From: Balanoglossus misakiensis
Taxonomy: Eukaryota > Animalia > Hemichordata
Reading direction: 5' to 3'
Length of the DNA stretch: 64,000 bases
NCBI GenBank assembly: GCA_040954595.2
Contig: CM082591.2
Span: 7,740,047 to 7,804,046, forward strand
Positions 47,735 to 62,495 of the stretch are shown piece after piece; the stretch's first letter is position 1, and each line of letters opens with the position of its first letter. A model generated the notes under the pieces. That model worked only from the letters and a program-made list of their open reading frames with translations. It made no database searches and was not told the origin of the DNA. The position numbers were made by a program, and so were the translations under genes.

Positions 47735-50700
47735 TTTCCTTATTTGCATATTCCGTTGTGATGCGTAGAACACATAGGCCTGAGCGCATAAGAAAGTTTT
47801 CCGGTAGACTCTGTAGATCGACGTTTTGTTCTAAAATATCCATGGATGCTTCCAAACACCGTCTCCTTATTTGCATATTCCGTTGTAATCGTAGAACACA
47901 TAGGCCTGAGCGCATAAGAAAGTTTTCCGGTAGACTCTGTAGATCGACGTTTTGTTCTAAAATATCCATGGATGCTTCCAAACACCGTCTCCTTATTTGC
48001 ATATTCAGTTGTGATGCGTAGAACACATAGGCCTGGGCGCATAAGAAAGTTTTCCGGTAGACTCTGTAGATCGACGTTTTGTTCTAAAATATCCATGGAT
48101 TCTTCCAAACACCGTCTCCTTATTTGCATATTCAGTTGTGATGCGTAGAACACATAGGCCTGAGCGCATAAGAAAGTTTTCCGGTAGACTCTGTAGATCG
48201 ACGTTTTGTTCTAAAATATCCATGGATGATTCCAAACACCGTCTCCTTATTTGCATATCCCGTTGTGATGCGTAGAACACATAGGCCTGGGCGCATAAGA
48301 AAGTTTTCCGGTAGACTCTGTAGATCGACGTTTTGTTCTAAAATATCCATGGATTCTTCCAAACACCGTCTCCTTATTTGCATATTCAGTTGTGATGCGT
48401 AGAACACATAGGCCTGGGCGCATAAGAAAGTTTTCCGGTAGACTCTGTAGATCGACGTTTTGTTCTAAAATATCCATGGATTCTTCCAAACACCGTCTCC
48501 TTATTTGCATATTCAGTTGTGATGCGTAGAACACATAGGCCTGAGCGCATAAGAAAGTTTTCCGGTAGACTCTGTAGATCGACGTTTTGTTCTAAAATAT
48601 CCATGGATGCTTCCAAACACCGTCTCCTTATTTGCATATCCCGTTGTGATGCGTAGAACACATAGGCCTGGGCGCATAAGAAAGTTTTCCGGTAGACTCT
48701 GTAGATCGACGTTTTGTTTTAAAATATCCATGGATGCTTCCAAACACCGTCTCCTTATTTGCATATCCCGTTGTGATGCGTAGAACACATAGGCCTGGGC
48801 GCATAAGAAAGTTTTCCGGTAGACTCTGTAGATCGACGTTTTGTTTTAAAATATCCATGGATGCTTCCAAACACCGTCTCCTTATTTGCATATCCCGTTG
48901 TGGTGCGTAGAACACATAGGCCTGGGCGCATAAGAAAGTTTTCCGGTAGACTCTGTAGATCGACGTTTTGTTTTAAAATATCCATGGATGCTTCCAAACA
49001 CCGTCTCCTTATTTGCATATCCCGTTGTGATGCGTAGAACACATAGGCCTGGGCGCATAAGAAAGTTTTCCGGTAGACTCTGTAGATCGACGTTTTGTTT
49101 TAAAATATCCATGGATGCTTCCAAACACCGTCTCCTTATTTGCATATCCCGTTGTGATGCGTAGAACACATAGGCCTGGGCGCATAAGAAAGTTTTCCGG
49201 TAGACTCTGTAGATCGACGTTTTGTTCTAAAATATCCATGGATGCTTCCAAACACCGTCTCCTTATTTGCATATTCAGTTGTGATGCGTAGAACACATAG
49301 GCCTGGGCGCATAAGAAAGTTTTCCGGTAGACTCTGTAGATCGACGTTTTGTTCTAAAATATCCATGGATGCTTCCAAACACCGTCTCCTTATTTGCATA
49401 TTCAGTTGTGATGCGTAGAACACATAGGCCTAGGCGCATAAGAAAGTTTTCCGGTAGACTCTGTAGATCGACGTTTTGTTCTAAAATATCCATGGATGCT
49501 TCCAAACACCGTCTCCTTATTTGCATATTCAGTTGTGATGCGTAGAACACATAGGCCTGAGCGAAAAAGAAAGTTTTCCGGTAGACTCTGTAGATCGACG
49601 TTTTGTTTTAAAATATCCATGGATGCTTCCAAACACCGTCTCCTTATTTGCATATTCAGTTGTGATGCGTAGAACACATAGGCCTGGGCGCATAAGAAAG
49701 TTTTCCGGTAGACTCTGTAGATCGACGTTTTGTTCTAAAATATCCATGGATGCTTCCAAACACCGTCTCCTTATTTGCATATTCAGTTGTGATGCGTAGA
49801 ACACATAGGCCTGGGCGCATAAGAAAGTTTTCCGGTAGACTCTGTAGAACGACGTTTTGTTCTAAAATATCCATGGATGCTCCAAACACCGTCTCCTTAT
49901 TTGCATATTCCGTTGTGATGCGTAGAACACAGGCCTGAGCGCATAAGAAAGTTTTCCAGTAGACTCTGCAGATCGACGTTTTGTTCTAAAATATCCATGG
50001 ATGCTTCCAAACATCGTCTCGTCATTTGCATATTCCGTTGTGATGCGTAGAACACATAGGCCTGGGCAAAAAAGAAAGTTTTCCGGTAGATTCTGTGGAT
50101 CGACGTTTTGTTCTAAAATATCCATGGATGCTTCCAAACACTGCTCCGTATTTGCATATTCCGTTGTGATGCGTAGAACACAGGCCTGAGCGCATAAGAA
50201 AGTTTTCCAGTAGACTCTGCAGATCGACGTTTTGTTCTAAAATATCCATGGATTCTTCCAATCACCGTCTCGTCATTTGCATATTCCGTTGTGATGCGTA
50301 GAACACATAGGCCTGGGCGCATAAGAAAGTTTTCCGGTAGACTCTGTAGATCGACGTTTTGTTCTAAAATATCCATGGATGCTCCAAACATCGTCTCCTT
50401 ATTTGCATATTCCGTTGTGATGCGTAGAACACAGGCCTGAGCGCATAAGAAAGTTTTCCAGTAGACTCTGCAGATCGACGTTTTGTTCTAAAATATCCAT
50501 GGATGCTTCCAAACACCGTCTCGTCATTTGCATATTCCGTTGTGATGCCTGGAACACATCGGCCTGAGCGAAAAAGAAAGTTTTCAGGTAGACTCTGTAG
50601 ATCGACGTTTTGTTCTAAAATATCCATGGATTCTTCCAAACACCGTCTCGTTATTTGCATATTCCGTTGTGATGCGAGAACACATAGGCCTGAGCGAAAA

Positions 50701-53700
50701 AGAAAGTTTTCCGGTAGACTCTGTAGATCGACGTTTTGTTTTAAAATATCCATGGATGCTTCCAAGCACCGTCTCCTTATTTGCATATTCCGTTGTGATG
50801 CGTAGAACACATCGGCCTGAGCGAAAAAGAAAGTTTTCTGGTAGACTCTGTAGATCGACGTTTTGTTCTAAAATATCCATGGATGCTTCCAAACACCGTC
50901 TCCTTATTTGCATATCCCGTTGTGATGCGTAGAACACATAGGCCTGGGCGCATAAGAAAGTTTTCCGGTAGACTCTGTAGATCGACGTTTTGTTTTAAAA
51001 TATCCATGGATGCTTCCAAACACCGTCTCCTTATTTGCATATTCAGTTGTGATGCGTAGAACACATAGGCCTGGGCGCATAAGAAAGTTTTCCGGTAGAC
51101 TCTGTAGATCGACGTTTTGTTCTAAAATATCCATGGATGCTTCCAAACACCGTCTCCTTATTTGCATATTCAGTTGTGATGCGTAGAACACATAGGCCTA
51201 GGCGCATAAGAAAGTTTTCCGGTAGACTCTGTAGATCGACGTTTTGTTCTAAAATATCCATGGATGCTTCCAAACACCGTCTCCTTATTTGCATATTCAG
51301 TTGTGATGCGTAGAACACATAGGCCTGGGCGCATAAGAAAGTTTTCCGGTAGACTCTGTAGATCGACGTTTTGTTCTAAAATATCCATGGATGCTTCCAA
51401 ACACCGTCTCCTTATTTGCATATTCAGTTGTGATGCGTAGAACACATAGGCCTGAGCGAAAAAGAAAGTTTTCCGGTAGACTCTGTAGATCGACGTTTTG
51501 TTCTAAAATATCCATGGATGCTTCCAAACACCGTCTCCTTATTTGCATATCCCGTTGTGATGCGTAGAACACATAGGCCTGGGCGCATAAGAAAGTTTTC
51601 CGGTAGACTCTGTAGATCGACGTTTTGTTCTAAAATATCCATGGATGCTTCCAAACACCGTCTCCTTATTTGCATATTCAGTTGTGATGCGTAGAACACA
51701 TAGGCCTAGGCGCATAAGAAAGTTTTCCGGTAGACTCTGTAGATCGACGTTTTGTTCTAAAATATCCATGGATGCTTCCAAACACCATCTCCTTATTTGC
51801 ATATTCAGTTGTGATGCGTAGAACACATAGGCCTGAGCGAAAAAGAAAGTTTTCCGGTAGACTCTGTAGATCGACGTTTTGTTTTAAAATATCCATGGAT
51901 GCTTCCAAACACCGTCTCCTTATTTGCATATTCAGTTGTGATGCGTAGAACACATAGGCCTGGGCGCATAAGAAAGTTTTCCGGTAGACTCTGTAGATCG
52001 ACGTTTTGTTCTAAAAAATCCATGGATGCTTCCAAACACCGTCTCCTTATTTGCATATTCAGTTGTGATGCGTAGAACACATAGGCCTGGGCGCATAAGA
52101 AAGTTTTCCGGTAGACTCTGTAGATCGACGTTTTGTTCTAAAATATCCATGGATGCTCCAAACACCGTCTCCTTATTTGCATATTCCGTTGTGATGCGTA
52201 GAACACAGGCCTGAGCGCATAAGAAAGTTTTCCAGTAGACTCTGCAGATCGACGTTTTGTTCTAAAATATCCATGGATGCTTCCAAACACCGTCTCGTCA
52301 TTTGCATATTCCGTTGTGATGCGTAGAACACATAGGCCTGGGCAAAAAAGAAAGTTTTCCGGTAGATTCTGTGGATCGACGTTTTGTTCTAAAATATCCA
52401 TGGATGCTTCCAAACACTGCTCCGTATTTGCATATTCCGTTGTGATGCGTAGAACACAGGCCTGAGCGCATAAGAAAGTTTTCCAGTAGACTCTGCAGAT
52501 CGACGTTTTGTTCTAAAATATCCATGGATTCTTCCAATCACCGTCTCGTCATTTGCATATTCCGTTGTGATGCGTAGAACACATAGGCCTGGGCGCATAA
52601 GAAAGTTTTCCGGTAGACTCTGTAGATCGACGTTTTGTTCTAAAATATCCATGGATGCTCCAAACACCGTCTCCTTATTTGCATATTCCGTTGTGATGCG
52701 TAGAACACAGGCCTGAGCGCATAAGAAAGTTTTCCAGTAGACTCTGCAGATCGACGTTTTGTTCTAAAATATCCATGGATGCTTCCAAACACCGTCTCGT
52801 CATTTGCATATTCCGTTGTGATGCGTAGAACACATCGGCCTGAGCGAAAAAGAAAGTTTTCAGGTAGACTCTGTAGATCGACGTTTTGTTCTAAAATATC
52901 CATGGATTCTTCCAAACACCGTCTCGTTATTTGCATATTCCGTTGTGATGCGAGAACACATAGGCCTGAGCGAAAAAGAAAGTTTTCCGGTAGACTCTGT
53001 AGATCGACGTTTTGTTTTAAAATATCCATGGATGCTTCCAAGCACCGTCTCCTTATTTGCATATTCCGTTGTGATGCGTAGAACACATCGGCCTGAGCGA
53101 AAAAGAAAGTTTTCTGGTAGACTCTGTAGATCGACGTTTTGTTCTAAAATATCCATGGATGCTTCCAAACACCGTCTCCTTATTTGCATATCCCGTTGTG
53201 ATGCGTAGAACACATAGGCCTGGGCGCATAAGAAAGTTTTCCGGTAGACTCTGTAGATCGACGTTTTGTTTTAAAATATCCATGGATGCTTCCAAACACC
53301 GTCTCCTTATTTGCATATTCAGTTGTGATGCGTAGAACACATAGGCCTGGGCGCATAAGAAAGTTTTCCGGTAGACTCTGTAGATCGACGTTTTGTTCTA
53401 AAATATCCATGGATGCTTCCAAACACCGTCTCCTTATTTGCATATTCAGTTGTGATGCGTAGAACACATAGGCCTGGGCGCATAAGAAAGTTTTCCGGTA
53501 GACTCTGTAGATCGACGTTTTGTTCTAAAATATCCATGGATGCTTCCAAACACCGTCTCCTTATTTGCATATTCAGTTGTGATGCGTAGAACACATAGGC
53601 CTGGGCGCATAAGAAAGTTTTCCGGTAGACTCTGTAGATCGACGTTTTGTTCTAAAATATCCATGGATGCTTCCAAACACCGTCTCCTTATTTGCATATT

Positions 53701-56700
53701 CAGTTGTGATGCGTAGAACACATAGGCCTGAGCGAAAAAGAAAGTTTTCCGGTAGACTCTGTAGATCGACGTTTTGTTTTAAAATATCCATGGATGCTTC
53801 CAAACACCGTCTCCTTATTTGCATATTCAGTTGTGATGCGTAGAACACATAGGCCTGGGCGCATAAGAAAGTTTTCCGGTAGACTCTGTAGATCGACGTT
53901 TTGTTCTAAAATATCCATGGATGCTTCCAAACACCGTCTCCTTATTTGCATATTCAGTTGTGATGCGTAGAACACATAGGCCTGGGCGCATAAGAAAGTT
54001 TTCCGGTAGACTCTGTAGATCGACGTTTTGTTTTAAAATATCCATGGATGCTTCCAAACACCGTCTCCTTATTTGCATATTCAGTTGTGATGCGTAGAAC
54101 ACATAGGCCTGGGCGCATAAGAAAGTTTTCCGGTAGACTCTGTAGATCGACGTTTTGTTCTAAAATATCCATGGATGCTTCCAAACACCGTCTCCTTATT
54201 TGCATATTCAGTTGTGATGCGTAGAACACATAGGCCTGGGCGCATAAGAAAGTTTTCCGGTAGACTCTGTAGATCGACGTTTTGTTCTAAAATATCCATG
54301 GATGCTCCAAACACCGTCTCCTTATTTGCATATTCCGTTGTGATGCGTAGAACACAGGCCTGAGCGCATAAGAAAGTTTTCCAGTAGACTCTGTAGATCG
54401 ACGTTTTGTTCTAAAATATCCATGGATGCTCCAAACACCGTCTCCTTATTTGCATATTCCGTTGTGATGCGTAGAACACAGGCCTGGGCGCATAAGAAAG
54501 TTTTCCGGTAGACTCTGTAGATCGACGTTTTGTTCTAAAATATCCATGGATGCTCCAAACACCGTCTCCTTATTTGCATATTCCGTTGTGATGCGTAGAA
54601 CACAGGCCTGAGCGAAAAAGAAAGTTTTCCGGTAGACTCTGTAGATCGACGTTTTGTTCTAAAATATCCATGGATGCTCCAAACACCGTCTCCTTATTTG
54701 CATATTCCGTTGTGATGCGTAGAACACAGGCCTGAGCGCATAAGAAAGTTTTCCAGTAGACTCTGCAGATCGACGTTTTGTTCTAAAATATCCATGGATG
54801 CTTCCAAACACCGTCTCGTCATTTGCATATTCCGTTGTGATGCGTAGAACACATAGGCCTGGGCAAAAAAAAAGTTTTCCGGAAGATTCTGTGGATCGAC
54901 GTTTTGTTCTAAAATATCCATGGATGCTTCCAAACACCGTCTCCGTATTTGCATATTCCGTTGTGATGCGTAGAACACAGGCCTGAGCGCATAAGAAAGT
55001 TTTCCAGTAGACTCTGCAGATCGACGTTTTGTTCTAAAATATCCATGGATTCATCCAATCACCGTCTCGTCATTTGCATATTCCGTTGTGATGCGTAGAA
55101 CACATAGGCCTGGGCGCATAAGAAAGTTTTCCGGTAGACTCTGTAGATCGACGTTTTGTTCTAAAATATCCATGGATGCTCCAAACACCGTCTCCTTATT
55201 TGCATATTCCGTTGTGATGCGTAGAACACATCGGCCTGAGCGAAAAAGAAAGTTTTCTGGTAGACTCTGTAGATCGACGTTTTGTTCTAAAATATCCATG
55301 GATGCTTCCAAACACCGTCTCCTTATTTGCATATCCCGTTGTGATGCGTAGAACACATAGGCCTGGGCGCATAAGAAAGTTTTCCGGTAGACTCTGTAGA
55401 TCGACGTTTTGTTTTAAAATATCCATGGATGCTTCCAAACACCGTCTCCTTATTTGCATATTCAGTTGTGATGCGTAGAACACATAGGCCTGGGCGCATA
55501 AGAAAGTTTTCCGGTAGACTCTGTAGATCGACGTTTTGTTCTAAAATATCCATGGATGCTTCCAAACACCGTCTCCTTATTTGCATATTCAGTTGTGATG
55601 CGTAGAACACATAGGCCTAGGCGCATAAGAAAGTTTTCCGGTAGACTCTGTAGATCGACGTTTTGTTCTAAAATATCCATGGATGCTTCCAAACACCGTC
55701 TCCTTATTTGCATATTCAGTTGTGATGCGTAGAACACATAGGCCTGGGCGCATAAGAAAGTTTTCCGGTAGACTCTGTAGATCGACGTTTTGTTCTAAAA
55801 TATCCATGGATGCTTCCAAACACCGTCTCCTTATTTGCATATTCAGTTGTGATGCGTAGAACACATAGGCCTGGGCGCATAAGAAAGTTTTCCGGTAGAC
55901 TCTGTAGATCGACGTTTTGTTTTAAAATATCCATGGATGCTTCCAAACACCGTCTCCTTATTTGCATATTCAGTTGTGATGCGTAGAACACATAGGCCTG
56001 GGCGCATAAGAAAGTTTTCCGGTAGACTCTGTAGATCGACGTTTTGTTCTAAAATATCCATGGATGCTTCCAAACACCGTCTCCTTATTTGCATATTCAG
56101 TTGTGATGCGTAGAACACATAGGCCTGGGCGCATAAGAAAGTTTTCCGGTAGACTCTGTAGATCGACGTTTTGTTCTAAAATATCCATGGATGCTCCAAA
56201 CACCGTCTCCTTATTTGCATATTCCGTTGTGATGCGTAGAACACAGGCCTGAGCGCATAAGAAAGTTTTCCAGTAGACTCTGCAGATCGACGTTTTGTTC
56301 TAAAATATCCATGGATTCTTCCAATCACCGTCTCGTCATTTGCATATTCCGTTGTGATGCGTAGAACACATAGGCCTGGGCGCATAAGAAAGTTTTCCGG
56401 TAGACTCTGTAGATCGATGTTTTGTTCTAAAATATCCATGGATGCTCCAAACACCGTCTCCTTATTTGCATATTCCGTTGTGATGCGTAGAACACATAGG
56501 CCTGAGCGCATAAGAAAGTTTTCCAGTAGACTCTGTAGATCGACGTTTTGTTTTAAAATATCCATGGATGCTTCCAAGCACCGTCTCCTTATTTGCATAT
56601 TCCGTTGTGATGCGTAGAACACATAGGCCTGAGCGAAAAAGAAAGTTTTCGGGTAGACTCTGTAGATCGACGTTTTGTTCTAAAATATCCATGGATGCTT

Positions 56701-59700
56701 CCAATCACCGTCTCGTCATTTGCATATTCCGTTGTGATGCGTAGAACACATCGGCCTGAGCGCATAAGAAAGTTTTCCGGTAGACTCTGCAGATCGACGT
56801 GTTGTTCTAAAATATCCATGGATGCTTCCAAACACCGTCTCGCTATTTGCATATTCCGTTGTGATGCGTAGAACACATAGGCCTGAGCGATAAAGAAAGT
56901 TTTCCGGTAGACTCTGTAGATCGACGTTTTGTTCTAACATATCTATGGATGCTTCCAATCACCGTCTCGTTATTTGCATATTCCGTTGTGATGCGTAGAA
57001 CACATAGGCCTGAGCGAAGAAGAAAGTTTTCTGGTAGACTCTGTAGATCGACGTTTTGTTCTAAAATATCCATGGATGCTTCCAAACACCGACTCATCAT
57101 TTGCATATTCCGTTGTGATGCGTAGAACACATAGGCCTGAGCGAAAAAGAAAGTTTTCCGGTAGACTCTGTAGATCGATGTTTTGTTCTAAAATATCCAT
57201 GGATGCTTCCAAACACCGTCTTGTCATTTGCATATTCCGTTGTGATGCGTAGAACACATAGGCCTGGGCGCATAAAAAAGTTTTCCGGTAGACTCTGTAG
57301 ATCGACGTTTTGTTCTAAAATATCCATGGATGCTCCAAACACAGTCTCGTCATTTGCATATTCCGTTGTGATACGTAGAACACATAGGCCTGAGCGAAAA
57401 AGAAAGTTTTCCGGTAGACTCTGTAGATCGACGTTTTGTTCTAAAATATCCATGGATGGTTGCACAGTCTCGTCATTTGCATATTCCGTTGTGATACGTA
57501 GAACACATAGGCCTGAGCGAAAAAGAAAGTTTTCCGGTAGACTCTGTAGATCGACGTTTTGTTCTAACATATCCATGGATGCTTCCAATCACCGTCTCGT
57601 TATTTGCATATTCCGTTGTGATGCGTAGAACACATAGGCCTGAGCGAAAAAGAAAGTTTTCCGGTAGACTCTGTAGATCGACGTTTTGTTCTAAAATATC
57701 CATGGATGCTTCCAAGCACCGTCTCCGTATTTGCATATTCCGTTGTGATGCGTAGAACACATAGGCCTGGGCGCATAAGAAAGTTTTCCGGTAGACTCTG
57801 TAGATCGACGTTTTGTTTTAATATATCCATGGATGCTTCCGAACACCGTCTCGCTATTTGCATATTCTGTTGTGATGCGTAGAACACATAGGCCTGAGCG
57901 AAAAAGAAAGTTTTCCTGTAGACTCTGTAGATCGACGTTTTGTTCTAAAATATCCATGGATGCTTCCAAGCACCGTTTCCTTATTTGCATATTCCGTTGT
58001 GATGCGTAGAACACATAGGCCTGAGCGAAAAAGAAAGTTTTCCGGTAGACTCTGTAGATCGACGTTTTGTTCTAAAATATCCATGGATGCTTCCAAGCAC
58101 CGTCTCCGTATTTGCATATTCCGTTGTGATGCGTAGAACACATAGGCCTGGGCGCATAAGAAAGTTTTCCGGTAGACTCTGTAGATCGACGTTTTGTTTT
58201 AAAATATCCATGGATGCTTCCAAGCACCGTCTCCTTATTTGCATATTCCGTTGTGATGCGTAGAACACATAGGCCTGAGCGAAAAAGAAAGTTTTCGGGT
58301 AGACTCTGTAGATCGACGTTTTGTTCTAAAATATCCATGGATGCTTCCAATCACCGTCTCGTCATTTGCATATTCCGTTGTGATGCGTAGAACACATCGG
58401 CCTGAGCGCATAAGAAAGTTTTCCGGTAGACTCTGCAGATCGACGTGTTGTTCTAAAATATCCATGGATGCTTCCAAACACCGTCTCGCTATTTGCATAT
58501 TCCGTTGTGATGCGTAGAACACATAGGCCTGAGCGATAAAGAAAGTTTTCCGGTAGACTCTGTAGATCGACGTTTTGTTCTAACATATCCATGGATGCTT
58601 CCAATCACCGTCTCGTTATTTGCATATTCCGTTGTGATGCGTAGAACACATAGGCCTGAGCGAAGAAGAAAGTTTTCTGGTAGACTCTGTAGATCGACGT
58701 TTTGTTCTAAAATATCCATGGATGCTTCCAAACACCGTCTCATCATTTGCATATTCCGTTGTGATGCGTAGAACACATAGGCCTGAGCGAAAAACAAAGT
58801 TTTCCGGTAGACTCTGTAGATCGATGTTTTGTTCTAAAATATCCATGGATGCTTCCAAACACCGTCTTGTCATTTGCATATTCCGTTGTGATGCGTAGAA
58901 CACATAGGCCTGGGCGCATAAGAAAGTTTTCCGGTAGACTCTGTAGATTGACGTTTTGTTCTAAAATATCCATGGATGCTCCAAACACAGTCTCGTCATT
59001 TGCATATTCCGTTGTGATACGTAGAACACATAGGCCTGAGCGAAAAAGAAAGTTTTCCGGTTGACTCTGTAGATCGACGTTTTGTTCTAAAATATCCATG
59101 GATGGTTCCAAACACAGTCTCGTCATTTGCATATTCCGTTGTGATACGTAGAACACATAGGCCTGAGCGAAAAAGAAAGTTTTCCGGTAGACTCTGTAGA
59201 TCGACGTTTTGTTCTAACATATCCATGGATGCTTCCAATCACCGTCTCGTTATTTGCATATTCCGTTGTGATGCGTAGAACACATAGGCCTGAGCGAAAA
59301 AGAAAGTTTTCCGGTAGACTCTGTAGATCGACGTTTTGTTCTAAAATATCCATGGATGCTTCCAAGCACCGTCTCCGTATTTGCATATTCCGTTGTGATG
59401 CGTAGAACACATAGGCCTGGGCGCATAAGAAAGTTTTCCGGTAGACTCTGTAGATCGACGTTTTGTTTTAATATATCCATGGATGCTTCCAAACACCGTC
59501 TCGCTATTTGCATATTCTGTTGTGATGCGTAGAACACATAGGCCTGAGCGAAAAAGAAAGTTTTCCGGTAGACTCTGTAGATCGACGTTTTGTTCTAACA
59601 TATCCATGGATGCTTCCAATCACCGTCTCCTTATTTGCATATTCCGTTGTGATGCGTAGAACACATAGGCCTGGGCGCATAAGAAAGTTTTCCGGTAGAC

Positions 59701-59790
59701 TCTGTAGATCGACGTTTTGTTCTAAAATATCCATGGGTGCTTCCAAACACCGTCTCTTTATTTGCATATGCCATTGTGATGCGAAAAAGA
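47735..59790. repeat. Satellite 3, 127-bp monomer, ~95 copies, with higher-order repeats
   Basis: ORF-track periodicity of 127 bp; monomer TTATTTGCATATTCCGTTGTGATGCGTAGAACACATAGGCCTG...ATCCATGGAT...; identical variant series at offsets 2276 and ~1646-1650. Confidence 0.98.
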
Positions 59791-61394
59791 AAGGTACACG
59801 AGGCAACTCGGTAGGCAACTCGACGCGCAACCCAAGTCGCGTCGCTACATCGAACAGTTACACGGGGCGACTCGACTGGCAACGAGTTCTGCGTAAACAG
59901 GGGCTGCGCATGTGCAGCCGCCTCAGAAGCCGATCAACAATTCGATCTTTATCCGATCAATGCATAAATATTTGGTGATTATTCTGGTAACAGCATGCCT
60001 ATATTATACTTGTCACTTAGCTGATCAACCTGGTCATCTGAACAGGTATTTTTTTCCTAGAAAAAAACAGTTAGCGAATTTCAATTGCACACAATACGTA
60101 TACTTTCTCCACTATGTATTACTATTGACATTATAAACTAACTAGTTTTGCACTTCAACAGTATCCTCATCAATAAAAACACGTTTTTTTCTCAGTTAGC
60201 AGGTGATATGCAAGCCTATATCAGTAAAGAAAAATTACTAGTTTGGGTGTTTAGTTTAATTGATGAATACGGAATTTTTAACCGTGATACCAAATTGGAC
60301 AACATTTAAACGTTACTAAATATTTTTTAATAACAAAAGAGTAAATTAAGTTTAATTACAAAAACATTGACTTAGTTTATTTAAAATGTACTTGAAACCA
60401 GGTACTAGTATATTTTAAATCCGGCGAGTTTAAATCCTTGTAAAACAGGGGAGTAGATTATGGGGACATTGAAGAAAGTTGCGCAATTTAACATTAAGAT
60501 TACTGAATTATCAAACTGCACATCATACAAATGTGTGAAAAATGCGGAGCCAAAAGTTGTGCCAATCTGTAAAAACGTTATAATAAACAAAATCCATGTT
60601 TCGAAATGCAGCGAAAGTAATAACAAGGCAAGTGGGACATTTCATTGTAGAAGAACGAAGTTGGCCTATATTTTGTAAAGAGGAAATATATTGCTTGATA
60701 GATTTGTTTGTATGTAAAATAATACAAATAGAACTATATTTGTATTTATAAGTTGATATAACCGGGCGAAATAGACACGTGTTTTGCCCAAAAAGATATA
60801 TGATGTACACTGACTGTGTAAGAACTCTTGAACTGTGGGCGATAATCATAAGCTGGCGTTTTCTTATTCTGAAATTTGGTTGCGATATATCTGGTTACGG
60901 TACCCCAAAAATCGGAAACGCAATCAATGTCGAGTCAATTATCATAACCATTTTCACGGAACTGAATAGTAGTTTATTTTCATATCATCACTGGCAAGAT
61001 AAACTAGTTGAAAGTTTTTTAAACAAAACTTGAGTTTATATGCAAATATTAAACTATAAATACATACAAATATCCGATTTCATAGCAAATACTTATTTCC
61101 CAATATTTTCGGAAGTCTACAAGTCTAAAGTCTGTAGTTCGTGGTTCGTAAAATAACAAATAAACACCATATTTGCATGTGCAGATGTCAAAATTTCGAG
61201 GCAAAGTGGTAATGCGGGGCAACCGATTGCGCGTCAGGCAACTCATCGCCCGAAAAATTGACATGACGGATTTCGAGGCAACGTCGCCAGACGCGTTCCA
61301 GCGACGCGACTACATCATACACACGAGGCAACTCGGTAGGCAACTCGGGTTGCGCGTCGCGTTGCCTACCGAGTTGCCTCGTGTAACTCGGCCT
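59791..61394. mobile_element. Non-autonomous DNA transposon, PIF/Harbinger-like TIRs
   Basis: Left TACACGAGGCAACTCGGTAGGCAACTCGACGCGCAACCC; right GGGTTGCGCGTCGCGTTGCCTACCGAGTTGCCTCGTGTAACTCGGCCT; AT-rich non-coding interior. Confidence 0.72.
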
Positions 61395-62439
61395 TTATGG
61401 AACTTCCAACGACTGGAGAATGAATGACCTCCCAATTGTTTTTTTGATGACAATACCATTAAAAGTGTTTTAGTTTCTTCAAGCGTTGGGACTAGTTTAT
61501 CCGAGAAAGGGGACGTAAAAAATAAATATCTTTCAGGGAATTTGGTGCACGTCGCATCGTTTGTTACTCAATTACTAGGGGCAGAATTGTTCTCAAAATG
61601 TCATATTTCAAGCATTATTTATGGTATTAAATGGGCGCATAATTAATGAGGGCACACCGACCCTTCGTCCATTTGTCGTCAATTTTTTGATACAGCCAAG
61701 AAGCATGCCCGCGAGCAGTCGTGTGAGAAGAAAAAGTGCAGTTTCCATGCAGTGATATGTCAAGATCGCTTTGTGCGAAGTTTCAGTGTAAGTTGTACTA
61801 TTATTAGTTTTGCGAAATCTTGCTCATCATTTTGATTAGCTCTATGATTTTTTTAACAAGTTTCTTAAAATTTGACGAATTCTTGAAATTTGTCGAAGTT
61901 AGTACTATCATTTTTGAGTGTTGTGATGAGATGTGATGTGATGTACAAGCATGGAGGTCTCCATGGTACAAGTTAGTTCTGACCACCTCGTTTTGAGTAT
62001 TCACCACTGCGCAGAAAAACACATCAGCATAGGCAGGTCGATAAGTGACTTATTTCAAAGTCCAGTGTCTATCGATCGCGAGCGAGTCCTTCAGAATGTC
62101 ATAGTGAAAACTGACCAGATGACAGTCAGCTATTTTTAGCAATCCAGGACCTTAATCCGACTTAATCCGCCAACTTTTAAACTAACGAGAATGAGAATTG
62201 TATCAGCACTCTCAATTTTGAAAATGCAAATAAAGATGGTTGAAGTGTTGAATGTACTGATTTATGTAAGCGGGAAAATATACTTATATGTATATATATT
62301 TTTGTGTCCTCTACAATTTCGGATATCATGAATTTCCATCACCTATGCCCCGGCCCCACGCATGCTATGGAGCTGCCATGCCCGTACGTCTAAATCTGGT
62401 AGGAACGCGATGTTCTTTTGTTTCCTAAATGGTGTCGTG

Positions 62440-62495
62440 CGCAAAAGCAATGCCGCGATGACGTCACAACAAGCCCAAGCTTGAAGGTAAGAAAA
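62440..62495 (+). promoter_or_regulatory. Candidate promoter and short first exon (CRE palindrome + splice donor)
   Basis: TGACGTCA at ~62459-62466 in a CpG-rich patch, followed by GAAG|GTAAGA at ~62487. Confidence 0.35.

Noticed and set aside
47718-59882. About 100 'MFYASQ...' ORFs; array could look like CRISPR or a gene family
   Set aside because: Artefacts of a 127-bp unit not divisible by 3; no unique spacers, no cas genes, eukaryotic context.
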